64,000 nucleotides of DNA from Halarcobacter sp. (GTDB lineage Bacteria; Campylobacterota; Campylobacteria; Campylobacterales; Arcobacteraceae). Below, piece after piece: positions 8,632 to 20,600 of this stretch. How positions within the stretch are numbered: position 1 is the stretch's first letter; each line of letters opens with the position of its first letter. A model generated the notes under the pieces. The model was not told where the DNA came from. It did not search any database and saw nothing but the letters and a program-made list of their open reading frames with translations. Position numbers and translations under genes: made by a program. The DNA lies in the NCBI GenBank assembly GCA_048571215.1, contig CP182352.1:3168001-3232000 (forward strand), in the 5' to 3' direction.

Positions 8632-10515
8632 CTACAACCAAAAATACATTCTAAGAAAATCAATTGTTTTATGGGTAGCTATCCAAATAACCCTTCTTTG
8701 TCCTATATTTATTTTAGCTACACCACTCATCCCTGGTCTCCACCAAGACTCAATAGGAGATAATGTTTTTGCTTTTAACATAAATACATTTCCATTTTTA
8801 CCATCTACTTGTGCAGTTGGAACAATATTTGTAACTTTTATAGGGAAATATAACTCTGGTCTACTTAATAGTTTTAGTTCACCCTCATCATTTATCTTAA
8901 TTTCATCAATATATTTTTCACTGATTTTAAATCTAATAAAGATATCTTTTGCATTTGCAATTTTAAGTAAAATATCTCCTTTTGAAACAGGTGCAGAAAT
9001 TAACTCTTTTTTATCACCTTCAATAATAACTCCATCAAATGGTGATTTTATTTTTGATTGATTTAAATAGTATTCAACTTTTTTTAAAGATGCTTTAGCT
9101 TGAATAACCTTTGCTATTGCTATATTCATATCTGCTAACTCATCTCTTGCTCTTGCTTTTTCTGCCTCTCTTGTATATCTAATTACATCTGCTTCCATTT
9201 CAAGTTGTTTTAATAATAACTCTTCTTCATCTAATTCAATTAAAGTTTCATCTTTTTTTATATAATCACCAGGATAATAATTAACATTTTTTATATAACT
9301 ATCATATGGAGCTTGTACATAGGCTATGTTATCAGTATCTAAAGTAGCAGTTACTTCTATCTTATATTCCCATTTGAAAAATATAGAATAAAGTAATACT
9401 AAAGAGATAAGAATACTAAAAAACTTCAATAATGTGTTATCGCTTCCTAAGAAATTTGCTAATTGTTTTTTTGTCCCATCTAATAGTTTTTTCCCAATCC
9501 ATCTATCTTCTTGTTGTAAATCATATAACCAAATATTTAATTGTTCTAAAGACAATTCTAGTAGAATAATATCTTTTTTATCAAAACTATCATCTAATTT
9601 TTCAAGGGTAACTACACCTATAACTTTATCTTCAATTTTTATAGGTATAGATAAAATAGTATTTAAAAGATTTATACGAGAGTAGTCCTCATGGGCTTTT
9701 GTTACTAAATTCGTATTATCAGTAGGTAAGTAGACAGTTTTTTCTTGATCTGCACACTCTTCATATACATTTTGTAATTTTTTAACTATTTCACTTTTCT
9801 CGTCAAATTTTTCTAAGTGGGATATAGCAATTAAGTTTATGTATTCATTTGTTTTCCAACCAATACTCACCCTAGAACTGTCAAATTTTAATGAAAGTTC
9901 ATTTACTAGCTTCATACATGCTAAGAGAAATTTCTTTTCATCTTTTATTAAGTTTAGTAATTCTAGTATCTCATAAATTCTATTATTTAATAAAGGGGTT
10001 TTCTCTTGAGTTTCTATGGGTAAATTTGTAGTTGATGACTTTCTATTAAAATATGCATAGTTTAAATAAACATCATTTATAAGTTGAGTTCTAACTACAG
10101 TTTCATTAAACTGCTGTGTATTTGCTCTGTCAATTATTATTGATGCGATAATAATTGTATTATCTAAATTTTCGATTTTAAAAGACAAGATGTATGCTTG
10201 TGAAAATTTATTTATTTTCAAATTAATAGGGGCATAAGAATATGAGTTTTTTAATGTTTTATCTCTATTCAATAAGATGGTTTTTGCAATCTCTTCAGAA
10301 CTATCATCTACTCCAATATTATCAATCAAATACTTTTGTTTATAATTCTCTTCAAATAGTTCTAAAACTAAGATATAAGAAGATTTAGTAACTTGTAATG
10401 TATTTTCTAAATAGAAATTCCAAAACTCTTCTTTTGTGCCCTCAAATTCTCTTAATGCTTTTATATTATTTAATACAACTAATACATCTGTACTATTAGA
10501 TACAATATTACTCAT
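8632..10515 (-). CDS. GAF-domain-containing HlyD-family periplasmic adaptor
   Basis: GAF-like segment (ILSIPIKIEDKVIGVVTLE), one TM helix (FFSILISLVLLYSIFF), then an adaptor (VQAPYDSYI...IKSPFDGVI...WRPGMSGVAKI). Confidence 0.8.
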   Translation of the reverse strand: MSNIVSNSTDVLVVLNNIKALREFEGTKEEFWNFYLENTLQVTKSSYILVLELFEENYKQKYLIDNIGVDDSSEEIAKTILLNRDKTLKNSYSYAPINLKINKFSQAYILSFKIENLDNTIIIASIIIDRANTQQFNETVVRTQLINDVYLNYAYFNRKSSTTNLPIETQEKTPLLNNRIYEILELLNLIKDEKKFLLACMKLVNELSLKFDSSRVSIGWKTNEYINLIAISHLEKFDEKSEIVKKLQNVYEECADQEKTVYLPTDNTNLVTKAHEDYSRINLLNTILSIPIKIEDKVIGVVTLEKLDDSFDKKDIILLELSLEQLNIWLYDLQQEDRWIGKKLLDGTKKQLANFLGSDNTLLKFFSILISLVLLYSIFFKWEYKIEVTATLDTDNIAYVQAPYDSYIKNVNYYPGDYIKKDETLIELDEEELLLKQLEMEADVIRYTREAEKARARDELADMNIAIAKVIQAKASLKKVEYYLNQSKIKSPFDGVIIEGDKKELISAPVSKGDILLKIANAKDIFIRFKISEKYIDEIKINDEGELKLLSRPELYFPIKVTNIVPTAQVDGKNGNVFMLKAKTLSPIESWWRPGMSGVAKINIGQRRVIWIATHKTIDFLRMYFWL

Positions 10516-10521
10516 ATATAA

Positions 10522-11412
10522 TTACTTTTTTTCTATAGAATTAGTATCATCTAAAGGTTCCAATGATTCTAAAGTATAAGATATCTCAGAATTATTAATC
10601 TCTTTTCCTTTTTTATCAAAATATATAAAAGCTGATAAACCTGGAACAATTGATAAATCTTTATTTTCTAATTTTGCTTTTATTCTTACAAGTGAACTTG
10701 ACTTATCTGCAATTGGAGAGATAAATACAATTTTACTATTTTTATCAATTAATTTTTCACCATTTTTTATCTTAATTGCTAAGGATTTCCCAAGGGTGAG
10801 TTCTTGTGCATATTTTTGTTCGATATTAAATTCTACAAAACATTCTTTGTAATTAACTACTTCAACTATTGATTCACCACTTTTAACCCATTCCCCTATA
10901 TCAAAACGAATTTTTGTAATTACACCATCTATTGGGGAAGTTAGTTTATGACTTTCCAGAATATTTTTTGACATTTCATAGTCTATTCTTTCTATAAGCT
11001 TTTTTTGTTTTGTAGCAAGCATTTGACCTAATAGGTCATGGTATCTAATCTCTAAAGACATCAACTCATCTTTACTTACTGATTTACTTCTTTTATAAAT
11101 CTCTTTTGTTGAATCTAACATCTCTTTTAATAATCGTTCATTCTTTTTTAATGAATTATATTGAGATGAATCTCTATAAATCATTTTCTTTCTTTTTGTG
11201 TCTAGCATTTGTAAAGAATCATCTAATGTTAAAATCTCTTGGTTTTTTTTAACACTATTGCCCTCTTTTAAAAATATATTTAATATCTTTCCATCTATTG
11301 GAAGAGTGAGTTCTAAATGATGTTTTGGTAAAACTATACCTGTTACTTCCAATGCTAGAAGACTTGATGAGTATAAACATAAAGCTATTATAAAATTAAA
11401 AACTATTTTCAT
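10522..11412 (-). CDS. Efflux RND/HlyD-family periplasmic adaptor subunit
   Basis: Signal-peptide-like N terminus, PIDGKI..IFLKEGNSVKK, LTSPIDGVI, ISPIAD, IVPGL. Confidence 0.85.
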   Translation of the reverse strand: MKIVFNFIIALCLYSSSLLALEVTGIVLPKHHLELTLPIDGKILNIFLKEGNSVKKNQEILTLDDSLQMLDTKRKKMIYRDSSQYNSLKKNERLLKEMLDSTKEIYKRSKSVSKDELMSLEIRYHDLLGQMLATKQKKLIERIDYEMSKNILESHKLTSPIDGVITKIRFDIGEWVKSGESIVEVVNYKECFVEFNIEQKYAQELTLGKSLAIKIKNGEKLIDKNSKIVFISPIADKSSSLVRIKAKLENKDLSIVPGLSAFIYFDKKGKEINNSEISYTLESLEPLDDTNSIEKK

Positions 11413-13032
11413 CTAGTAGCCTTTTTTAAAATCAGTTACATTTGACATTGAGTCTATATAAACTTTATTTTCTAAGTTACTAAGATCAATATTAATATTA
11501 TATGTTTTTAGTAAAGTTCCCATTGCTTTTTGTAGAGTGGCTTCTGCTGTTTTCCATTCAATTACTCTTTCATACATTTTTCTTTCATAGTCAATATACT
11601 GCTCTTCCTCTTCTAATAATTTTTTAACATTTGTTTTACCAAAAAGTAATTTTTCATTTTCAATATCTAAAAGTTCTTTTTTTATCCTTAAACCTTTTTT
11701 AAATAAATCCATTTGTTTTCTTGTACTTTTTAGTTTTTCAATTCTAGCATGTAAACTATTGTCTAAATTCTTTTCTAAAGCATTTAATTCAAGGGTTCCT
11801 TTTAGTACATTTAATTTAGAATTTTCTATATAACTTTTCATCTTTTCATTTCCAAAAATTGGTGTTGAAAACTCTAATCCAACATTCCAACTTTGATATT
11901 CACTTGAATCTAATTCTTGAAGTGCTTTGCTTTGGGTTGTTCCTAAAGATTGATTTGTAATATCTGCTTTTATTTTCAAGTCAGGTAGTATTTGATTATC
12001 AAGATATTTTCTAGTTACTATCTCTAATTGTAATTTCTTTTTTGCAATATTATATTCAGACCAATTTTTCAATGCTTGTTGTAGACTATCTTCTAAGGTT
12101 GGTATTTCACTTTGATTATAAATATCTTCTGTTAGTTTAAATTTAAGATTAGGGTTTTTTGATGCAGAAATATTTAATAGAGTAAATATTTGACTTCTTT
12201 TTTCTAATAGTTTATCTTCCTCTTCAATCTTTTGAAGTTGAAGTAAATATAATCTATTTTCAATATCTAAAACTTCTGTTTCAGGTACCTTTCCATTTGA
12301 TGCCAAGTCTTTTATATTTTTTAAATTTTTCTTAGTAATTTTTATAAGATTATCCCAACTTTCTAAAGTTTTTTTCATACCATAAAATTGCCAGTAACTT
12401 TGAATAGTAACACCTACTAACTCAGTTAATATTTTGTTGTATTCATCTTCACTTATATTTTTATTTATTTGTGCTAGCTTATGTTTTATTGTTGTGATTT
12501 CATAACCTGCGTTTTTTAGTAGGGGTTGCTCAATAGATAGTTTCAGATAATCTCTATATTCTGTATCTAAAGGGGAATATTGTTTTCTTATTACATTACT
12601 TTCTAAATTATTTCTTATAAATTTAAATTCCCATGTTCCACCAGTTGGCATAAGTCCGCTAAAACCTGCTTCATAATTTTCAGTTCTAGATTCATAAACT
12701 CCACCTGAAGTCAATAAAGTACTATAATAAGAGTCTTCAGGACCTGTTCTAGTTTTTTGTTTTGAAAAAGTTATCCCTACAGAATATGTGGGTTCAAAGA
12801 TTTTTTCCTCTGATATTAATTCATTCTCTTTTGTCTTAACGTTTATCAGCTCAACAAGACCTTTTGAATTTTTTCTTACTACTTCTTGCACTAAACTATT
12901 TAAGCTCAGTTCAATAACATCATTCTTTAAAACTAGAGTTTCCTCTTTTTTTGAAAGAGTATTTTCTAGTTTTTGTGCATTTAAGATACTTACACTAATT
13001 ATAATCCCAAGTAAAAGTTTATTTAATACCAT
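11413..13032 (-). CDS. TolC-family outer membrane channel
   Basis: Signal peptide, LSLNSLVQEVVRKN, LSIEQPLLKNAG, ILPDLKI, WNVGLEFSTPI; two OEP-like halves. Confidence 0.85.
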   Translation of the reverse strand: MVLNKLLLGIIISVSILNAQKLENTLSKKEETLVLKNDVIELSLNSLVQEVVRKNSKGLVELINVKTKENELISEEKIFEPTYSVGITFSKQKTRTGPEDSYYSTLLTSGGVYESRTENYEAGFSGLMPTGGTWEFKFIRNNLESNVIRKQYSPLDTEYRDYLKLSIEQPLLKNAGYEITTIKHKLAQINKNISEDEYNKILTELVGVTIQSYWQFYGMKKTLESWDNLIKITKKNLKNIKDLASNGKVPETEVLDIENRLYLLQLQKIEEEDKLLEKRSQIFTLLNISASKNPNLKFKLTEDIYNQSEIPTLEDSLQQALKNWSEYNIAKKKLQLEIVTRKYLDNQILPDLKIKADITNQSLGTTQSKALQELDSSEYQSWNVGLEFSTPIFGNEKMKSYIENSKLNVLKGTLELNALEKNLDNSLHARIEKLKSTRKQMDLFKKGLRIKKELLDIENEKLLFGKTNVKKLLEEEEQYIDYERKMYERVIEWKTAEATLQKAMGTLLKTYNINIDLSNLENKVYIDSMSNVTDFKKGY

Positions 13033-13036
13033 TATT

Positions 13037-14596
13037 TTATTTTACACCTTGTTTATTTAAAGTATAAGTTCCTGTACATTTATTTAATGTATCTTTCCAA
13101 TCACCAGTAATTTGATTGTTTGATATTGTCCCCACAGACCATGTTGTATTATTTGTTGTGATATTATCTTTAAATGTAATTTTACTATCTACTACACTTA
13201 AGTTTGTACCATATGTTTGATTATTTGATTGAGCTTGCCATGAAGCAGTGTATTCATCTGATGTACTTAATGTCATTGTCGTTACTGCTTGAGTACAAGT
13301 ACTAGTTAAGTTTCCACTCCATACACCCACTAAACTTGCAGGATATAAGGCATTAGTTTTTATAGGTTCTGTTTTTGTTTTTATTGTATATGTTGTTGTA
13401 TTTTCTATTGTGTTATCATTTACATCAGAATTAAATGGAACAGCTGTAGTTGCTCCTTTTATAGTTACTTCACCATCTATATCTCCATAAAGAGGAGTAT
13501 TCATAGCAAAAGTTCCATTAAGTAGATTCAAATTATAACCGTTATTTGCTTTTGATAATTCAATTACTCCACTAACACTATTCTTTTTAGCTAAATTGCT
13601 AGTTTGGGTATGTTCTTGAAGATAATTGGCACTTAAAAGAGTAGATACATTATTTGCTATTTTAAAGATAACTGTACCAATATATTTTGCATTTAGTGTT
13701 GAAGAACTAACTGTTTCTTCAAAAACTGCAGTTACAATATCTCCTTTTTTTATGTAGCTAATGGTTTTTTTAATTCCATTGGCATCTACAATTACTTCAC
13801 TAGTGTTATTATAACTATCCATTATTTGAAAAGCAATTTTTGTATCAATTATTGGGCTTATACCTAAGATACTATCTAGTAGATTACCACTAATTAAAGA
13901 TGTTTTCAATTTACTTAATTCTGCAACATTATCTGGAAGAGTATATATATATTTACTATTGTCTGCTGAATTTATATTATTTGTATTTTTTGTTGAAATA
14001 GTTCCAGAAACAGTATTTGATAAGCCATCACTTTGATTATCTAATATCCAACTTTGAAATATAAGAGTTTCATCTTTTGATGTTGTTCCTAAAATATTTT
14101 GAACATTAGCATCGTTAAAAATTGCTAATGTATTATCTTCAACTTCTAGTTTCTCTAAATAGTTTTTAAAACTAGTAGGTGAAATATTCTTTTTATATGT
14201 TTTACCAACAATAGCTGTATCATCTGTATTTCCACTAACTTCTATATTTAAAAACATTGAAAAGTTTAACAGACCTGTATTATCAGTTGTAGTATCTTCT
14301 GTTTGTAAAGCAGTACTTCCTTCAGCTATTAATATATACTCAATTCCAGGTTTAAGAATATATGATATTTCATATTTACCATTTGCATCAGTGATATCAT
14401 AAGGTTCACCTTCATCATATACGCCATCATTATCTATATCCAAAAAGACTCTAACATTTTTAATTGGTCCATCAGAAACGATACCAGAAACTGTACTTAA
14501 GCTAGTTGTGACTCCACCGCCGCCACCGCCGCCACATCCAGTAAATAAAACTGTTGCACCTAATAAAACTTTTGCTAATAATAAACTTTTTCTCAT
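13037..14596 (-). CDS. Lipoprotein of unknown function (519 aa; start corrected from 14653)
   Basis: AAGGA RBS before the ATG at 14596. MRK-hydrophobic-FTG|C lipobox followed by Gly7, then DGPIKNVRVFLDIDNDGVYDEGEP..TDANGKY (Ca-binding, SdrD-B-like motif). Confidence 0.8.
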   Translation of the reverse strand: MRKSLLLAKVLLGATVLFTGCGGGGGGGVTTSLSTVSGIVSDGPIKNVRVFLDIDNDGVYDEGEPYDITDANGKYEISYILKPGIEYILIAEGSTALQTEDTTTDNTGLLNFSMFLNIEVSGNTDDTAIVGKTYKKNISPTSFKNYLEKLEVEDNTLAIFNDANVQNILGTTSKDETLIFQSWILDNQSDGLSNTVSGTISTKNTNNINSADNSKYIYTLPDNVAELSKLKTSLISGNLLDSILGISPIIDTKIAFQIMDSYNNTSEVIVDANGIKKTISYIKKGDIVTAVFEETVSSSTLNAKYIGTVIFKIANNVSTLLSANYLQEHTQTSNLAKKNSVSGVIELSKANNGYNLNLLNGTFAMNTPLYGDIDGEVTIKGATTAVPFNSDVNDNTIENTTTYTIKTKTEPIKTNALYPASLVGVWSGNLTSTCTQAVTTMTLSTSDEYTASWQAQSNNQTYGTNLSVVDSKITFKDNITTNNTTWSVGTISNNQITGDWKDTLNKCTGTYTLNKQGVK

Positions 14597-14606
14597 AATC
14601 TTTTCC

Positions 14607-17600
14607 TTATAACGCGATATCTTCAATCCAATATTCAAATAACTCACTGTCAATTCTGTCTATAATTAAATTCTCATTAAAATTACTTGTATAGTTTGAA
14701 TAATTCAATGATATTGGATTTAATACATCAGTAATTGATGTTTGTACTGTTTGAGTATTTACAACATTACTTGTATGATTTACATATGTTGGATTATTTA
14801 TTGATTCAAACAATGAGGTTACTCTTGTTTGGATATTCTCTTGTGCTTGCACATGATGTGTTTTCATTACATATGACGAGTTTAATAACTCATAATCTAT
14901 CTCTTTTGCGAAACTCCATTGCTCTACAGCACTATAACTATTAGTTAGATCCATAGTTGTTTCTATTTGACTTAACTTAGGAGTTACTATTGTTTTATTT
15001 ACAACTTGTAAAGAATAGTTGTCTTTTTCTACTAAAAATACAGATGTTGAAGAACCTATTTTTGAGTCTATTTTAGCTTCTTGTTTATTTGCAATAAATA
15101 AATTTCTTACATCTGTATTTATTGCATTATTTGACAAGTTATTTAAGCTTGTACTATTTAATAGATACTCACCTTTTGTGAAGGCACCTTTACCTACCAT
15201 ATTTAAATTTTGAGCTGTTATATTCGTATTTTGATTATTATAATAATCAGTGATTCTACCATCTTGTGTTTTTAAAGTTACTGTATTCGCACTAATAGTA
15301 CCTATTTTCATACTATCTTGAGTTTGTATAGTTACATTACTTGATGTTTGTACATCTTCTACTACTAAGTAATCCAATTCATTAATACTTACATCACCAC
15401 TAGCAATTGCTTTTAATACTGCTATATCTGTATCTAACGAAGCTGTAGTTACATCTAAGCTTAGTTTATCAGCAACTAATGTGGTATTATTAGTAATATT
15501 ATTTGCACTAATTGTTACATTCCCATCAGTTGTCATACTATCTAGAATTAAATCATCACTTTCATTAATAGTTACATCACCACTTGCAGTTGCTGTTAAA
15601 GTAGATACTTTTGTATTAATATCTGCACTTGTTACATCTAAACTTAATAAACTACTTGACAATAAAGAAGTAGCTGTATTTGTTAGATTAGAAGCTGTTA
15701 TATCTACATTTCCTGATGTTGTAATACTATCTAGAATTAAATCATCACTTTCATTAATAGTTACATCACCACTTGCAGTTGCTGTTAAAGTAGATACTTT
15801 TGTATTAATATCTGCACTTGTTACATCTAAACTTAATAAACTACTTGACAATAAAGAAGTAGCTGTATTTGTTAGATTAGAAGCTGTTATATCTACATTT
15901 CCTGATGTTGTAATACTATCTAGAATTAAATCATCACTTTCATTAATAGTTACATCACCACTTGCAGTTGCTGTTAAAGTAGATACTTTTGTATTAATAT
16001 CTGCACTTGTTACATCTAAACTTAATAAACTACTTGACAATAAAGAAGTAGCTGTATTTGTTAGATTAGAAGCTGTTATATCTACATTTCCTGATGTTGT
16101 AATACTATCTAGAATTAAATCATCACTTTCATTAATAGTTACATCACCACTTGCAGTTGCTGTTAAAGTAGATACTTTTGTATTAATATCTGCACTTGTT
16201 ACATCTAAACTTAATAAACTACTTGACAATAAAGAAGTAGCTGTATTTGTTAGATTAGAAGCTGTTATATCTACATTTCCTGATGTTGTAATACTATCTA
16301 GAATTAAATCATCACTTTCATTAATAGTTACATCACCACTTGCAGTTGCTGTTAAAGTAGATACTTTTGTATTAATATCTGCACTTGTTACATCTAAACT
16401 TAATAAACTACTTGACAATAAAGAAGTAGCTGTATTTGTTAGATTAGAAGCTGTTATATCTACATTTCCTGATGTTGTAATACTATCTAGAATTAAATCA
16501 TCACTTTCATTAATAGTTACATCACCACTTGCAGTTGCTGTTAAAGTAGATACTTTTGTATTAATATCTGCACTTGTTACATCTAAACTTAATAAACTAC
16601 TTGACAATAAAGAAGTAGCTGTATTTGTTAGATTAGAAGCTGTTATATCTACATTTCCTGATGTTGTAATACTATCTAGAATTAAATCATCACTTTCATT
16701 AATAGTTACATCACCACTTGCAGTTGCTGTTAAAGTAGATACTTTTGTATTAATATCTGCACTTGTTACATCTAAACTTAATAAACTACTTGACAATAAA
16801 GAAGTAGCTGTATTTGTTAGATTAGAAGCTGTTATATCTACATTTCCTGATGTTGTAATACTATCTAGAATTAAATCATCACTTTCATTAATAGTTACAT
16901 CACCACTTGCAGTTGCTGTTAAAGTAGATACTTTTGTATTAATATCTGCACTTGTTACATCTAAACTTAATAAACTACTTGACAATAAAGAAGTAGCTGT
17001 ATTTGTTAGATTAGAAGCTGTTATATCTACATTTCCTGATGTTGTAATACTATCTAGAATTAAATCATCACTTTCATTAATAGTTACATCACCACTTGCA
17101 GTTGCTGTTAAAGTAGATACTTTTGTATTAATATCTGCACTTGTTACATCTAAACTTAATAAACTACTTGACAATAAAGAAGTAGCTGTATTTGTTAGAT
17201 TAGAAGCTGTTATATCTACATTTCCTGATGTTGTAATACTATCTAGAATTAAATCATCACTTTCATTAATAGTTACATCACCACTTGCAGTTGCTGTTAA
17301 AGTAGATACTTTTGTATTAATATCTGCACTTGTTACATCTAAACTTAATAAACTACTTGACAATAAAGAAGTAGCTGTATTTGTTAGATTAGAAGCTGTT
17401 ATATCTACATTTCCTGATGTTGTAATACTATCTAGAATTAAATCATCACTTTCTTGAATAAATATATCACCACTTGTTGTATTTGAAGCAGTAAGTGATG
17501 CTATTGTTGTATCTATATCTGCATCCCCATTTGCTCCTATACCTGTTGCTGCAACTAAACTAACTACTGTTGTAGTTCCTTTTATATTTGCATCTTCTGT

Positions 17601-20600
17601 ATCTAGGTTATCACTAATATTTCCATTTGTTGCTGTTATATTTACATTTGAGCTTGTATCTATTACTGATAGTGCTACATTTGTATTTGCTGTATATGTT
17701 ACAACTCCACTTGTACTTGTTGTATTTTTACCACTATTCATGATAATTGAACCAGCACTTGATACTACATCTATATTTCCAGCTACAGAACTAATAGCTC
17801 CATCTTGTGTGATATCTCCTAGGCTTGATACAATATTTACTACACCTAAGTTTGAACTTTGTGTTATTGCATCTATTGTTAAAGTATCTGTTTCTTTAAC
17901 ATATATATCTCCACTTGTTGCATTTGTGATATCTATATTTGATACTGTTGTATTAATATCATCTACACTTGTTCCAACCCCTGTATTAGAGTTTATTGTT
18001 AATACATCTGCTATTACATTTGCTGTTTCTGCACTTAGGTTATCACTAATATTTCCATTTGTTGCTGTTATATTTACATTTGAGCTTGTATCTATTACTG
18101 ATAGTGCTACATTTGTATTTGCTGTATATGTTACAACTCCATTTGTACTTGTTGTATTTTTACCACTATTCATGATAATTGAACCAGCACTTGATACTAC
18201 ATCTATATTTCCAGCTACAGAACTAATAGCTCCATCTTGTGTGATATCTCCTAGAGTTGATACAATATTTACTACACCTAAGTTTGAACTTTGTGTTATT
18301 GCATCTATTGTTAAAGTATCTGTTTCTTTAACATATATATCTCCACTTGTTGCATTTGTGATATCTATATTTGATACTGTTGTATTAATATCATCTACAC
18401 TTGTTCCAACCCCTGTATTAGAGTTTATTGTTAATACATCTGCTATTACATTTGCTGTTTCTGCACTTAGGTTATCACTAATATTTCCATTTGTTGCTGT
18501 TATATTTACATTTGAGCTTGTATCTATTACTGATAGTGCTACATTTGTATTTGCTGTATATGTTACAACTCCATTTGTACTTGTTGTATTTTTACCACTA
18601 TTCATGATAATTGAACCAGCACTTGATACTACATCTATATTTCCAGCTACAGAACTAATAGCTCCATCTTGTGTGATATCTCCTAGAGTTGATACAATAT
18701 TTACTACACCTAAGTTTGAACTTTGTGTTATTGCATCTATTGTTAAAGTATCTGTTTCTTTAACATATATATCTCCACTTGTTGCATTTGTGATATCTAT
18801 ATTTGATACTGTTGTATTAATATCATCTACACTTGTTCCAACCCCTGTATTAGAGTTTATTGTTAATACATCTGCTATTACATTTGCTGTTTCTGCACTT
18901 AGGTTATCACTAATATTTCCATTTGTTGCTGTTATATTTACATTTGAGCTTGTATCTATTACTGATAGTGCTACATTTGTATTTGCTGTATATGTTACAA
19001 CTCCATTTGTACTTGTTGTATTTTTACCACTATTCATGATAATTGAACCAGCACTTGATACTACATCTATATTTCCAGCTACAGAACTAATAGCTCCATC
19101 TTGTGTGATATCTCCTAGAGTTGATACAATATTTACTACACCTAAGTTTGAACTTTGTGTTATTGCATCTATTGTTAAAGTATCTGTTTCTTTAACATAT
19201 ATATCTCCACTTGTTGCATTTGTGATATCTATATTTGATACTGTTGTATTAATATCATCTACACTTGTTCCAACCCCTGTATTAGAGTTTATTGTTAATA
19301 CATCTGCTATTACATTTGCTGTTTCTGCACTTAGGTTATCACTAATATTTCCATTTGTTGCTGTTATATTTACATTTGAGCTTGTATCTATTACTGATAG
19401 TGCTACATTTGTATTTGCTGTATATGTTACAACTCCATTTGTACTTGTTGTATTTTTACCACTATTCATGATAATTGAACCAGCACTTGATACTACATCT
19501 ATATTTCCAGCTACAGAACTAATAGCTCCATCTTGTGTGATATCTCCTAGAGTTGATACAATATTTACTACACCTAAGTTTGAACTTTGTGTTATTGCAT
19601 CTATTGTTAAAGTATCTGTTTCTTTAACATATATATCTCCACTTGTTGCATTTGTGATATCTATATTTGATACTGTTGTATTAAGGTTATTTGCTTGTGT
19701 TCCTATACCGTTTGTTGCATCTAATATTAGCTTATCAGAAATAATACTTACACTATTATCTGCTCTATCTAAAATAGAACCATTTGCAATTAATGAAACT
19801 GTTCCTGTTGAGTTTATACTATCTTGTGCATCATCTGTTCTTGCTGTTGTTAATCCATTTGTTCCAACTTTATTAACACTTATTGCTTCAACATTATCTA
19901 TTAAGATATCTTTACTATTATCTAAATATAAACCATTTTTATTTACAACAGCACTTAATACATTTATAGAAGTTTCAATATTTTGTGTATTTGCTCCTAC
20001 TACTCCTGCTCCACTTAAATAAACTCTTAATTTATTTGCTGTTATATCTGTATTTGTATCACCTGAGTCACTAAATACTCCTGTTAGGAATAATGAAACA
20101 TTTGCAGTTCCTGCGTTTAATGATGAGATAGAGAAATCTTTTGCTTTTACTCTAATATTTGAATCACTTGTACTTACTTGTGAAGCATCACTCATAATCA
20201 CATTTCCTGCTGTACTAAAAATATCTATAGTTTTATTTGCAGTTTGAGTAGTTACATTGTCATTTATATTTATATTAGCACTTGCATCTAAAGTGATATT
20301 CCCACCGGTACTTAGTATTTGTGCATTTGAAGTGATATTAGTAGCAGATTTTACAAGAATATTTCCACTAGCTTCTATATTTCCTGTTATATCTAAGGTT
20401 GTTATTACACCACTTGCTTGTAATACTAAATTACCTAATGATGAAAGTTTTGTTTGTAGGGCATCTATTGTATTACTTGTAGATGCATCTGTACCTATTG
20501 TAGTAACAGTTATAGCTGATGTTTGACCTATATTTACAGCATTTGCTTCTTTAACAAATACATCTCCAGAAACATTCGCACTTAAAGTTGCAAGATCTGT

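Noticed and set aside
624..13060. Short ORFs antisense to the regulator and operon genes
   Set aside because: They lie opposite well-supported genes and have shadow-frame composition.
14597..14653. ORF-track N-terminal extension of the lipoprotein
   Set aside because: It overlaps the giant gene's 3' end. The ATG at 14596 has an RBS and gives a clean lipoprotein signal peptide.
15535..17453. Regular 189-bp array as a possible CRISPR array
   Set aside because: Units are contiguous and identical with no unique spacers, are in frame within a CDS, and no cas genes are present.
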